Part shown: positions 12,690 through 25,100 of the stretch, piece by piece
How positions within the stretch are numbered: the stretch's first letter is position 1
How the letters are laid out: every line of letters begins with the position of its first letter
Assembly (NCBI GenBank): GCA_002633005.1
Contig: NMRA01000234.1
Coordinates: 447,517-511,516, forward strand
Direction of reading: 5' to 3'
Origin: Phoronis australis
Taxonomy: Eukaryota; Animalia; Phoronida
Length of the DNA stretch: 64,000 nt
Program-made: the position numbers and the translations under genes
Notes under the pieces: model-generated
Database searches by the model: none
Told to the model about the DNA's origin: nothing
Seen by the model: the letters and a program-made list of their open reading frames with translations, nothing else

Positions 12690-13055
12690 TAATTAAAATC
12701 TATTGGTCTATTTACACCGACCTCTTGTCGATTACATATTGTTGATTTTATATTGTCCGAAGAAGGATTTGAACACACCACTTCTGAAACTACAGATATT
12801 TTGAGTCCAGTACCTTTAACCTGCACTACACGGATGACTCAAAATATCTGTAGTTTCAGAAGTCGTGGGTTCAAATCCTTCTTCGGACAATATATAATCA
12901 AAAAATCACACCATGACGAGTGCACCAAATATCCGTGCTCGTGCTTCTAAGAACGCAGGAGCACCTGACGATGGCCGGAGAATAGACCTACCGAAACGTC
13001 GTGACAATATTAATAGACAAGAGATCGGTGTAAATAGACCAAGAGATTTTAATAG
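12690..13055. mobile_element. Fold-back of two back-to-back tRNA-Leu-derived SINE-like units
   Basis: Minus unit 12835->12690 and plus unit 12836->13055 share GACTCAAAATATCTGTAGTTTCAGAAGT..GTTCAAATCCTTCTTCGGACA (CAA anticodon loop, long variable arm, B box) and a ~50-bp tail. Confidence 0.7.
12962..13003 (+). ncRNA. Minimal type I hammerhead ribozyme motif (Penelope-type), stem II degenerate
   Basis: CAC-CTGACGA-T-GGCCGG(AGAATAGA)CCTACC-GAAA-CGTC-GTG: conserved CUGAnGA/GAAA core, palindromic ACGU stem III, GUC triplet, 3-bp stem I CAC/GTG. Confidence 0.6.
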
Positions 13056-13886
13056 TTACATTTTGTAAATAATTTTGTTTTAAACTTATCAACTGTAAAT
13101 TGCATTTAGCTTTCTAACAGGCGTTCTAGTTAGAAGCTAATAAATATTCTTCGTCATATGTTGTAACAGTAAAACTTAACAAATGTTTATAAAGAATACA
13201 GTCAACAGGGCTTCCCCGCGCGAGCACTGGATTGACCACGAGACAGCACAGCTAGTCAGTATCACCGCGTGGTTTAATTCTTGAGTTGGGGTTTGTTTCC
13301 GTTTGAATGAACGCCGGATATGCAATTCGCCGTCGAAGATGGGTCCGTTTTAGAAGTTGTTTGCATGCACTTACGACTGGGAGTACTTACAGTTGCAACA
13401 CCCGATTTGTCAATCATAACCTTGTCACCTTNNNNNNNNNNNNNNNNNNNNNNNNNNNNNNNNNNNNNNNNNNNNNNNNNNNNNNNNNNNNNNNNNNNNN
13501 NNNNNNNNNNNNNNNNNNNNNNNNNNNNNNNNNNNNNNNNNNNNNNNNNNNNGCGTGTAACAAAAATTGCGGGTCGGCGGTACTTTTTCAGCAAGTTGCG
13601 GGACCCGCGCGAGATCCAATAGGCCCCTAAGTTTCATTTTCGAAAAAAAATACCCGTAAAAGCTAGAGACGTGGCAGAATAACCTAGCTAGCAGACCTGG
13701 CACCCGCAATACGGGGTCTCTCAGCAACTGGTTAACGCCTACGGGCACCTTGTCAATATGAGTGACCCCCCTGGGTGTTGGTAGGCCTTCTAGTGTTTTG
13801 CTGACAATAAAAATGTAAGGCGTATGGTTTTGTACTTAGCACTATTTTGTGATTCGCCCAAGTAACATAAACAAATTATGTACACA

Positions 13887-14029
13887 TAGGTTATCCCACA
13901 AACACAGGAATACTACTGCGATATCCTATCACGAATTCATTTCATCTGAGAATGTCCCAACGAGACAGATAAAATGAATTGGAGATAGGATATCGCAGTA
14001 GTATTCCTACGTATGTAGGATTAACCTAT
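13887..14029. mobile_element. Small hairpin MITE
   Basis: Arms ATAGGTTATCC...AGGAATACTACTGCGATATCCTATC and GATAGGATATCGCAGTAGTATTCCT...GGATTAACCTAT. Confidence 0.65.
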
Positions 14030-15406
14030 TTATCCCACACACGCACGCACGCATATCCGGCACACATACATACATACATACATAGTTCGGTAGTAGCCCT
14101 TCGTTTACACAAACTTCGTTTTAAAGACACAAGACTTTTTCTTAACAAAAAGTCTAAACATACATATATTTGAACTTATTTGCATCACATCGATATCTTG
14201 TTGACAATTATCCGTGAACGTGTTGAATAACTAGTAGTTTAATTTCATAATGAATTTATTAGAATTTTTAGTTTGTGAAATATACAAGTTAAAACATTGA
14301 ACCATTCAATAATATTAAAAGTTCGTCGTAAACTTAGAAACAATCCATCCGAGAATATTGATTTCGCGATTCGGGAAGCCAGTCATGGGTACTACTTCCA
14401 AGGAGTGTAACACTCCTTGCCACCGCCGCCTAGCTGGTAGGTGTAACATAAAGCCATCTAGACTTATATCCAAAGTTAGCAGTTTCCTTAAATATATCCA
14501 CAGCACCAAGGACCACCTACTGAACTCTAATACGATACCAAAATCATGTACCTAAAACAAATAACAAAATCTTGATCAGAGTCTATTTTGCCTAGGGTAT
14601 GCAACAAGTTATGTAACAAAGTAAAACGTGATATGAATTGTCCAATAACGCCATGTATTATCACAATAAAAAGTAATACAAAACATGACTCTGCAAGATG
14701 AGCAGAAGAAAAAACTAAACGACTATGGCATGTACACAGACCTGCCCAGAGTAGAGAGAATAACAACAAAGAGGTTATGATAAAACACCTGAAGGGCCTA
14801 ACAGAAAATGGATAAAAAAGGAAAACCAAATAACCATATACACAGAGTATAGTGGAGTACGAACGAACGGAAAAGTGTAACATGAAGAAAACTTTTTCAG
14901 ATATATATTTCAAAACTAGGCCAATATGGGAAGAATGTCCTTCACTGTTACTAGAACATGGCAACTCTGCCATTATTCAACCAAATTGCACAAGAGTCAT
15001 ATAATATACGAGAGCCTTTTATCAGCTCTTGATAGTGTATGACATGCCAAAACGCAGGGGAGAAATGTTCGCGGCAACACACAAAACATTCTTACACAAA
15101 CACCGTTTTTTGTCAAAGCGGAGACGTAACCCCTAAAAACGCCCAATGTTTTTTTTAAATCCAATGGGAAATTGCGGGTGTTGCAAAACCCAAGACACGT
15201 CCCGTTTTTTTTTCATTTTTGTCGAACGGGAAAATAGGGCTACCGGTATGTCCTGTGTGGAATTACCATAGTATATAATATTTAAATTTCGCGGTGTGTC
15301 AAAAAGCGGAACATTTTGATGGTGTGGTGGAATGGCCAGAAATCGAAATTACAAAGAGTATCTGGGCATGAGATAAAAACTGCACAAATGAATCACTATA
15401 GAAAAC

Positions 15407-15618
15407 AGTAATAATATACACATGCATACATGCATATACAAACACACAGACTTATCTGTGCAAACAAATACACAAGTAGTAATAATATACACATGCATAC
15501 ATGTATATACAAACACACAGACTTATCTGTGCAAACAAATGCACAAGTAGTAATATACACATGCATACATGTATATACAAACACACACACTTAGCTATGC
15601 AAACAAATGCAAAAGTAG
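15407..15618. repeat. Tandem repeat, ~69-bp unit x3
   Basis: AGTAATAATATACACATGCATACATGTATATACAAACACACAGACTTATCTGTGCAAACAAAT.. repeated. Confidence 0.8.
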
Positions 15619-16165
15619 TTTTTCGAAAGTTACATAAATATACCCGTTAGTGGGACCTAAACTTTTCATTTAGAATTACAGGAGGGTAAATGGGCTTCCT
15701 GGTAGCGCCAGAAATGTCTGAGGGCACGAAACTAATTTTACAACTTATTGCCATTATTGTTAATCAAACTGTCACCTCTTTAATGTAGCCAAACAGTTGA
15801 GAGATGGTGTACCCTCACTACCCTTAGCAGTGACTCGCAGAAGGGGGGAGGTGATAGCTTTTCCACATAAGGGGGCATCCAATCACTATGAATAAACTTT
15901 GAAATTGTGACGATTTGTAGTTAAATTGAATAAAGTTTCTATTTTATGTTTTTTACTTTTCTTAGTACTGGAGTATATGCATTTGAGTAGCCAAATGGGG
16001 ATCCAATAAAAAAATCACTCTGGGCATCACCAAAACTCTGCAGGAAACTGGGTTATAGTACACAATGGATCAGCATTTATCATGGATGAGCACTTTATTT
16101 CCCAGTTATTTCATAGTCATTAAAGCATGCAGTCTACTGGATAAATGTCTTTTTTCTTTTATGTT

Positions 16166-19100
16166 TCACTGTGGAATGTAGACGAACGTCAATTCTTTTC
16201 TCCATGGCACGGGCATTGGTCTGCAGTTTATGGACACTTTTCCATTTAGGAACTGTTGAGCAACAAATCTGTTGAAATCATTCACTTCCGGGTGGTTGGC
16301 ATATTCTTGAATCTAAAATACAGTTGTAAGAATTGTCAATTAACACAATATCAAAAACACACTAATAAAAATTGTAATTATTTCCTCTTTGCAAAAAAAG
16401 AAACAATATTTGAATGTAAAGTGAAAGTGTTTTAGCGAACATTCGCCCTTCAACAGAAGATGAAGTGGACTGAGACTCAAATCATCACGTACGGGGGACC
16501 AAGTATTAACACACATAATCAGCTGGTATGGTCAGAGACCTGTAGTTTGCATAAATTATCTAGGAACAAAATTGAAGGGGAGATAATTGCACTTTTCGTG
16601 GTGTATTAACATCAAATCTATTATTCGCAGGCAACTGTTTCCAGCCATATCGTTTAGTATAGTTTATTTTCTCAATCAAAAAGTAACTCAGTTTACCTGC
16701 TCCACTATTGGATAATTGGCTGTATGTCCACCGCATCCCTGGACAATGTATTATTGTCTAATATCGTCAAAGTTTCCTGCCTCAAAATCGATACATGTTG
16801 CCAGTTTTCGCAAACGCTAGTCACGTTCGGGCCTCCAGCGCACAATAGGCTACATGAAAGCCGAAAATGCAATTAAGTTCCTGACTGTATGGACTTCCTT
16901 ATTTGGAAAGTCGCTCTTTATTTCTCTTGTATCATGAAAGTTCATGTGGAAACTCTGAAGTTACAGAGGGAGGAAGACATAGGGGCAGAGTGGTCATCGC
17001 CATCTATTGCCACATTCATAAAAATAAACTCACAGGGGTTCATGGCATGCAGCAGCAGACACAAAAAGACTGTCACCAAGAGGCAACACAGTAGTCACAG
17101 CTGTCCGGAAATCAACGTCAGCCATCCTATTCCCAGCAGGAACACCTATATCTGTCCAGTTTTCATAATCATCCTAAGAGCAATTTGGCAGACAGAGGAA
17201 GACAATAAAACAGGCCCCAAAACAGTGAACACAGCTGCTAGAAGGTGCAGTTGCCTCCTTAGTATAACTTTCTGCCAAATTTCATGAAAATCTGTCAAGA
17301 GATTCTGAAGATAGCTGACACAGTGGTAGTCCGATCCATCTGATAGTCGTCACCATCATTTGTCAATTTCATAGAAACATACATGCCAAATTTAACACAA
17401 TTCATGCAAAAGGTTCATGAGATACAGCCGCAGATGCAAAAATGCTACCAGGAGGTGCCAAATTTGGTAGAGCCATCTGAAAATCAATGTCAGCTGTCCT
17501 CTTACCCATAGAAACAAATAAACTATAAATTTTCATCATTTATCTTTAGTGCGGTTTGGCCAATAGGGAGGTGGAAGTCTAACAAATTCAGAAATAGTAA
17601 AAAACAGGTACTAGGTGGTGCAGAAGATATCATGTCCAATCGAAAATGAGAAGGGGTGTGGTCTCCCCAGTAAGATGCAAAAAATGACTACTGGACTTAC
17701 CGCATGGAGGAATAACAAATCTATCGTATGATCCTTAACACATATCTATTTGCCAAACTTCCAGAGAATCCGTCAAGTAACTCCGAAGATACAGAGGAAA
17801 ATGGGAAAGACTAACATTGCCACTAGGAGGCAAAGCATTAGCCAGATCCGTACTAAAGTGGTGCTTTCAGCCAATTTCATAGTAACACATTTACCAAATT
17901 TAACAAAATTCCTGCAAGAGGTTCATGAGAAGGTGCCACAGTAGTCGGAGCCATTCAAACATCACTGTAAGCCGTCCTCTTCCCAGTAGAAACACAGACC
18001 AATTTTCACAACCATCCAAAAAACACTGAAGTTGCCACCAGGGGGCACACCAGTAGTTGAATACAGATAGGGACATTTTGCAAAATTTCACACTAAAACC
18101 TCCTTTAAGGGCTTTTGGAGGTACACCAGCGGATGGACGGGGATGACAGCAAAATGCACCAACATATAAAAAAGCTGTGGAGAATACACATTTTTTGTTA
18201 CTATGCACATAGTGAATTATTCTTAGTAACCTAAGAGCAGTATAATTTCTGCATCATATTTCATCACTGGGTGAGTGATACTATCTACCAATTCAATACC
18301 ACATACCCGATGACCTTCATATTTAATTCTCATGAGCGTGATTTCGTCACACGTACAAACGTTTCATTGGAGTGTCCTGTACTAAACACAGTCAATACAA
18401 TATTACAAGTTCTCGGCAGCTATGCAAAGAGTCCTCGCTTACAAAATTAAACAAAGTAAACAAAATGGATTACAAACAAAACTCATGCTGGAAGCATGTT
18501 CTGTGTTGTCCTCAATAATTGGCACCAGCACTGTTGCAGATGCTGCTACTCCTTCCATTACAGCATACTGATAGAAACAAAACAGCTAATACAGTACAAA
18601 ACAAAAGTAATCAGACAAAATGGCGTCTCCCTATCATGACAGTTAATTCTGCTAATAACAAAAATGGCTGATTGTAACTATTATGGGGCAAATTTCTAAT
18701 TTAGCAGAATGGCTTAGTCACCATACTACCGTAACTTTCTTGTTGATTTCCCTTATTCTCGGTAAAGAAATAAGACTACTTTTACAACAAACTTGGCATC
18801 TACCCAGCCACCATGACGGAGAATTCCGGGTCATTTTGCCTGAATTGTTTTGGCTTGTAATGTATATTTATTTCTGAATTCAAGATATGAATGTTTCTTA
18901 TCTGTTCATCTCACTCATAAAATGAAACTTATACTTACATCCATCCACCTGCATTCGTCGATTTCGATATCGCATGTTTTAATATCTTCTGTCTTCGCCT
19001 TCAAGTAACACACAAAATAGATATCAGAGCAGCCAAACTTGAACTTGTGCATGTGACGGAATGCCAGAATATGCTGGAACTCACTCTCAATCCCAGTCTC

Positions 19101-22100
19101 CTCTCTCACCTCGCGTATTGCACCTTCTCCGAAATCTTCACCTGAGAAAGGAAGACCCATTTTACGATGCTAAACTTTCGTTTCAGTCATGTCCCCCAAC
19201 TCCATCATGCTCAATACAAGTGCAGACTACTTCACTAAGTCATCCTCAGATTTATCCACACAAAGCTTACAACTGAGCAGAGAAGCAAGAGGTTATAGAG
19301 GATGATCAAGAAAGAGTAGCCCAGTGCTTTTTCGCTGTCCGCTTCACCAACCGGTGGCATTATCTCTTATTCATTTATGAAAAATTCAAACATAAATTTA
19401 CACTAATATGCTTAGGTAATGTCCATAAAAGTACCGCATTGCCGCGCTATTAGGCCCACAGGCCTATTAACAAAATAATGCATTTTTGTGGCTTTTTTTA
19501 CCCACATGGTTGTGCATGCAGTGAAGTTCCGAAAATAAACGCAGGCAGTGACCCTGCACAGGCTTGTACATTAATTTGCATATAGGCACAATAAACAGAC
19601 TGCAGAAAAACAGAAAATAAACATGAACACAGTATATGTTCTGGGAAGAAAACAATTACAACCTCTAAAAGTGAGGATGGTTACATATAAGAATGTCATT
19701 ACGAAGTTGCCACGTCATTAGTCCCATGGTCCTACATCCGACATAATTTTTTTCAGTTTAAGGGTTTATTGATAATAAATCAAAGAACATAACACTGAAT
19801 ATAGTTTAGTCATGCACTAACCCCTGCACACTCGCATACAGACGGAGGACCCATAAAAATCAAAAAAAAATATATAAATAATAAGATAAGAGGGGTCCCT
19901 CTTTCATTGAACAAATGACAGAAGTTGACAATTTTGAAGGAAAATAAACTTCTCAACATTATAGTAATCTAAAACAACCATTCTGAACTTGACAGCTATT
20001 AAGTTTTTGTTTGTAAATATGACCTTTGACAAGACACAAAACAAGGTTCACAATTATAGGTATACTGAATTTACCAAACACTACTTCCATGCAACTAAGA
20101 TTTAGAGATACATCACACAAATCTTTAACCCATGAATCAACTTGAGACCAAAAGAGGATGCAAAATTACAATTTCTGAAGTAGAAGAGATATGGGAGTCT
20201 GATGGGACTTGTTTTGAATAGGGGGCATCGCTGTTTGTCTGTGCTTTCAGCTCAGTATTCAAGAGAACACTTAGAACACGTCCGCCATGCTCCGAATCCG
20301 GAAGTAAGTGTGATATTCTTTAGGCTGCAGAGTGGCACCACCTTTTATTTCCTCTCGTAACTAAGTGTTGCAATATAAGTCACTTTTTGGAACCTCGCCG
20401 TCTTTATTGGTGTTGTCTCACTTCTACTGACTGGAACTATTGCAAACCATAACATTAGCAGTATCCAAAATACTGCCTTTTTTTGTAGCCTTTTTCTACC
20501 CAAGTGGTTCCCATGCGCCTAAGTTTCGCAAATATGTACAGTTCTAAACAAACACCCATGGGCCTAATGGCGTGGCAATACCAACAGAAGACCAATCAGT
20601 CGACAGTGAAAAGTCAAAGCGGCACAGAGAAGGCACTAATATGGATGAAAATTACATGTACGTACCCACTTCCAAATAACCCCCTGGTAACTTCCATCCT
20701 CTCATCTTTTCTCCATGGGAGACCTTTTCTTTGATAACCAGAACCTGCTGTTTATCGTTGACTACAAAACCTCCAGTTCCTGCCCGGTACATGTGATGCA
20801 GCATTAACAAGTCAAAACAATGGGAAAATAGAGTACAAAAACAACAATGTCTTAAATTTCAATAAAAACGTCGCATATAGTGCACTGTTGAAAACCGATT
20901 AAAATGTTTACAGTTGTTATATACACGTCTTCCGTAACAAAAATAACCATTTGCATTAGACAACATACTGTTGCAACCTTGGTCTCAAATTGTTCGGAGT
21001 CAAATTAGAGGTAATTTTCGGGCTTTCAAAGACAACACAGTTCATTATTGCTAGAGACCAAGCTCTACAGATTGGTTTGAAAACGTGTCATATTCTGCAC
21101 TGAATATCTAGGGATTAACAAAACCTAGTATGTTTTTTGCAAACTCAGAAATCACTTCTCATCTAAGGAAAGTTGAGATTTTTTAGCAGTAGGTGGTTTA
21201 AATCAGTCTGGCCACATGGTAAACAGGCAGGTGATGATGAATAACTCAATGAACATTTTAACATTATACAAACCAAATTTCAGTTAGAAATTAAACCATC
21301 GTCAGTGGTGACTGATAGAATCATAGGAGGATACCAGATATTGAAGTCACTCTATACAATACAACTGAGAAAAGACAAGAGAGATTAGGGGGTGGGGGGG
21401 TCCGTGCAGATCTGACATGATGGGAGTCATGACTAGAACTGTAGTCTGGGTAACGTGATCTTTTTATTGAGTGACATGAATGCTTTTAGGTGCAAACACT
21501 GTCAAAACAATTATACCGTTGTGTAAAAAAGGTTTACCAATTCAACAAAGTGATCTGTATCTTTAAAACCACTAGTCTACAAAACTGTCTTAATTGAAGT
21601 GTAAAACACCATACTTTGCAGTAATGTTGCATACTTTTAATTAATTGTCAGTATTATCCGGTAGAATGTTAGATTGGCTTGACAACACAGCATCTCGGTC
21701 AATGTATAAAACGGCTACAGCAGTGCCATCTATCATCAATTGGACCCTACTCAGCATAAGACTGATTCTGACAGTACAGGATATCATTTCTTATGAGAGC
21801 AAGACGTCAAATGGACCCTGCACATTGTCGAATCCAAAGTATCATGACACTCAATATCAATTAATCACGTCAACCAGACAACAGCTTTGGCCACGGCTCC
21901 CGTCATACAGTGATTTGCATGGACTCCCCCCAAGTCTCTCTTGTCATTTATTATATAAACATTAACATCTGGTGTCTCCTATGATTCTGTCTATCAATGC
22001 TGATGAAGGTTTATTATGTTCTATCTGAAACATTTGCTTGCATATTAAAATATGGTGACTAAACCATTCATCATAACCTTCTTTGTTGATCTTTATCAAA

Positions 22101-25100
22101 AGTTTGGTTCTTGGACAGAACGTGGCTTTATAGCCACTTTTAATAACTCCATAAAAACTACAGGACTGATAATCAAACCACAAGGACAGTCACAGAGAGG
22201 GATCGCAGCTACACAAAAAATGACTACCAAGCAACAATTACAACAAAAACTGTCCAAACAATCAATTTGTTGTTTATGATTGCAAATTGCATCACTTCAA
22301 AACTTCTCTTCCTCACCAATATAGTGATGTGCATACTTGGGGTACGTGCTGACTGGATGCTCTGTGCTCAGCCATTGTTGCATAAGGACGTATGAAGGTT
22401 GAGCATGATGGAATGTGAATCCTAGCTAAAACAAAACAGTAATAAGACTTTGTTAGATTTTGACAGTAATAAGATTTTGTTAGATCTTGACAGTAATAAG
22501 ACTTTGTTAGATCTTGACAGTATTAAGACTTTGTTAGATCTTGACAGTAATAAGACTTTGTTAGATCTTGACAGTAATAAGACTTTGTTAGATCTTGACA
22601 GTAATAAGACTTTGTTAGATCTTGACAGTAATAAGACTTTGTTAGATCTTGACAGTATTAAGACTTTGTTAGATCTTGACAACTGAAGTACTACTGAGCA
22701 TCCATGATACCAGTTTTACAATTGCCTGGAGCTAAGAATTATGATCTCAATATGCCACTTTTGTATTCTTACCTGATTAGAAAATGATTCTGCATCAATA
22801 AATTCACCACATAAGCTAGTCTATCATGCACTCTTAAAGGAGAAGGAAGCCTTTTTTCATGTCGTTTTTAATAAAAATACATTTCGTTGATTATCCAAGA
22901 CATATTTTTCAGTTAATAATAGCTTCCTGTAAGTCGTGCTTTACTCCAGAAGTGATGTTTAGGGAGATGAATTTCCTGCCATTTTGTTTTCATATAATCT
23001 GACTGCATGAGCTGTCAAGTCAGTCATTGTTTTCCCCAGGTTTTGATAAGTTCAGTCATTCTTTGCATTTTTTTACATGTCAGTCAACATCCAGCAGGAT
23101 TGCTGCATACCGGTGTGTACTCATTATTGTCTCACGCGCACTTTGTGTATGCCATTACATCACTTTCCGAAAGATGACAAGCCCCGCCATACCTGGCTTG
23201 TTCGTGAGAAGAACACAGCGTTACCATCCAAGCCATGTACAAAGCCCTAAAGAATTATCGAGTGTGTGGCAATGCCTGAAAAAGGATGCCATACTATCGC
23301 TGTTGATTTCCAGCAGTGCTCCGTCACCACCCCAGGGAAGTGCATTTTTGAAGCCATTAGCCTCACAAGCTGCGGCCTCTACAGTGACTGGAGGCATTTC
23401 ATCTACTGTCGCCTGTGCCTCCGAACGTACCCCAGAGTTTACAATTCTGGGAACTAGCAGTGATTCGCCCTGTGCTGGTGTTGTCTCCAGCTCAAAGCCT
23501 GTAAGCAGCCTTGCAGCGATGCTGAATAGTGGGAGTGAATACAAGCCAGGTTTGACACGCAGTGGGGAGGACAGTTTGTCATCCAGTGATCAAGCTGGTG
23601 AGCTAAACATTGATAAATTTATTGTGGACCTGAATAAAGTATCGGAGCTAGAAGATGCCCGGTGTGTGACGAAGCAGCCATACACCAGGATGTCAGCGGT
23701 TTGGGTGCTCAGGTCACCAGGAACAGCATAGGTATTCCATTGAGGTTGGCATAACAGTGCACACCGTGCATTTGCACCATCACGTACAACATACTTGTCC
23801 TCAGTCTCTGCCTCATCCCTCTCAAACAGATGTCTGCTCGTATTCTGCCTCAATATACATGGGCTCAAACATATATCCACCCACTGACTGTTTGTGAAAA
23901 AATTCCTCCTCACCACTACTCCGAACAATGTCTCCGTCACTCAAGTCGCTGTGTCTGTGATATGGGTAGCCGACTCCAGCCATTTTCAGGCTACTACGAA
24001 CTAAAAGATTCCTAAATCCAACGTAATTGAGTTCTCTAACAATCTTAGCTTGTCGTAGAATACTCGTCGATGGGAAGTGGTGATGATAATTTTAGGAAAT
24101 CAACACAAAAACAACAGCAGAACAGGATCCTCACAGTAAACTCAAACACACTAGAAACAAACTGTCAGAAAATTCTTAACCGCCTAAATGTAACTTCCGG
24201 AGTAGTGCTGACTAATTTATAAAATTATGTCTGGGATAATCAACGAACCGTATTTTTACTAAAAATGACACGAAAAAAGGTTGCCCTCCCCTTTAAACCC
24301 ACCTAAGTCAATACTCAAGACATACATTTCACAAAATTCACAAGATGCCCCAACTAAAATATCCAAAGCAGGTTATCGCAAAGAATGTTGCTAGACACGT
24401 CTTCTGTAAAATAGAGGAAACTAAGGTACACTTTTGCCAAGACATACAGACTAAGTACCAGAACTTTTGAAAAGTGATTGAATCAGACTGGAGTTTGGAT
24501 GAATGAAAACATAAAATGCACATTTATTTCAAAGCACTCACTTTGGTACAAACTGGAATGAGTGAAGATTGGTCAATCTTTATGTTGACTAGCACGCAGT
24601 TCACCCTGATCTTCTTCCAGAAATCTAATGATACTGCAAATCAAAAAAAAAACATAACCTGTCAAAGTCGTGACTTTTTTCAAACACAAGAAGTGTGTTT
24701 TTTCATCAATGGATGTTAAGTTCAAGCACAGATAAAAATGCAACCAGTCCAAGAAAACTATTGTTAAAGGCTAAAGCTTCACTTTGTTTTGACAAACTAA
24801 CTAAAAACAGAAAACTGAATTCCTGATTCTTTTGTTCTCATAAAATTGGTCACGCAATCTTCTTAACTTTATGATAGAATTCTATTGTCATACAACTCAA
24901 ATCACAGGCCAAGCACATACATGAACCATTTTCAATTTTGCAATTTTAGAGTTGGCTTCCTCCTATAAACTCTGCAATGATTTCTTGTGTTGCTGATGGT
25001 TTTAATGTTTTTGTAGGAAATGAAAATGGAATCCTATCATAGAGGGAATATTACAACACCGATAAGATTAGAGTAAAAGACCTAACATTTCATAATTTAG

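Noticed and set aside
12755-12890. Functional tRNA-Leu genes (also tRNA-like units at ~26578-26645 and ~26790-26865)
   Set aside because: Stems are degenerate or truncated and embedded in repeat structures; treated as tRNA-derived.
14300-15000. Possible LINE 3' fragment
   Set aside because: No motif could be recovered with confidence.
17100-18200. Short ORFs in degenerate CCACTAG(G/A)NGGC-rich repeat tracts (also 8750-9550, 60780-61800)
   Set aside because: Looks like one dispersed degenerate repeat family; no coding signature and boundaries could not be set.
22422-22686. Repeat-peptide ORFs (SRSNKVLLL / LDLDSNKTL), LRR-like
   Set aside because: Translations of a 27-bp intronic minisatellite; open on both strands by chance.
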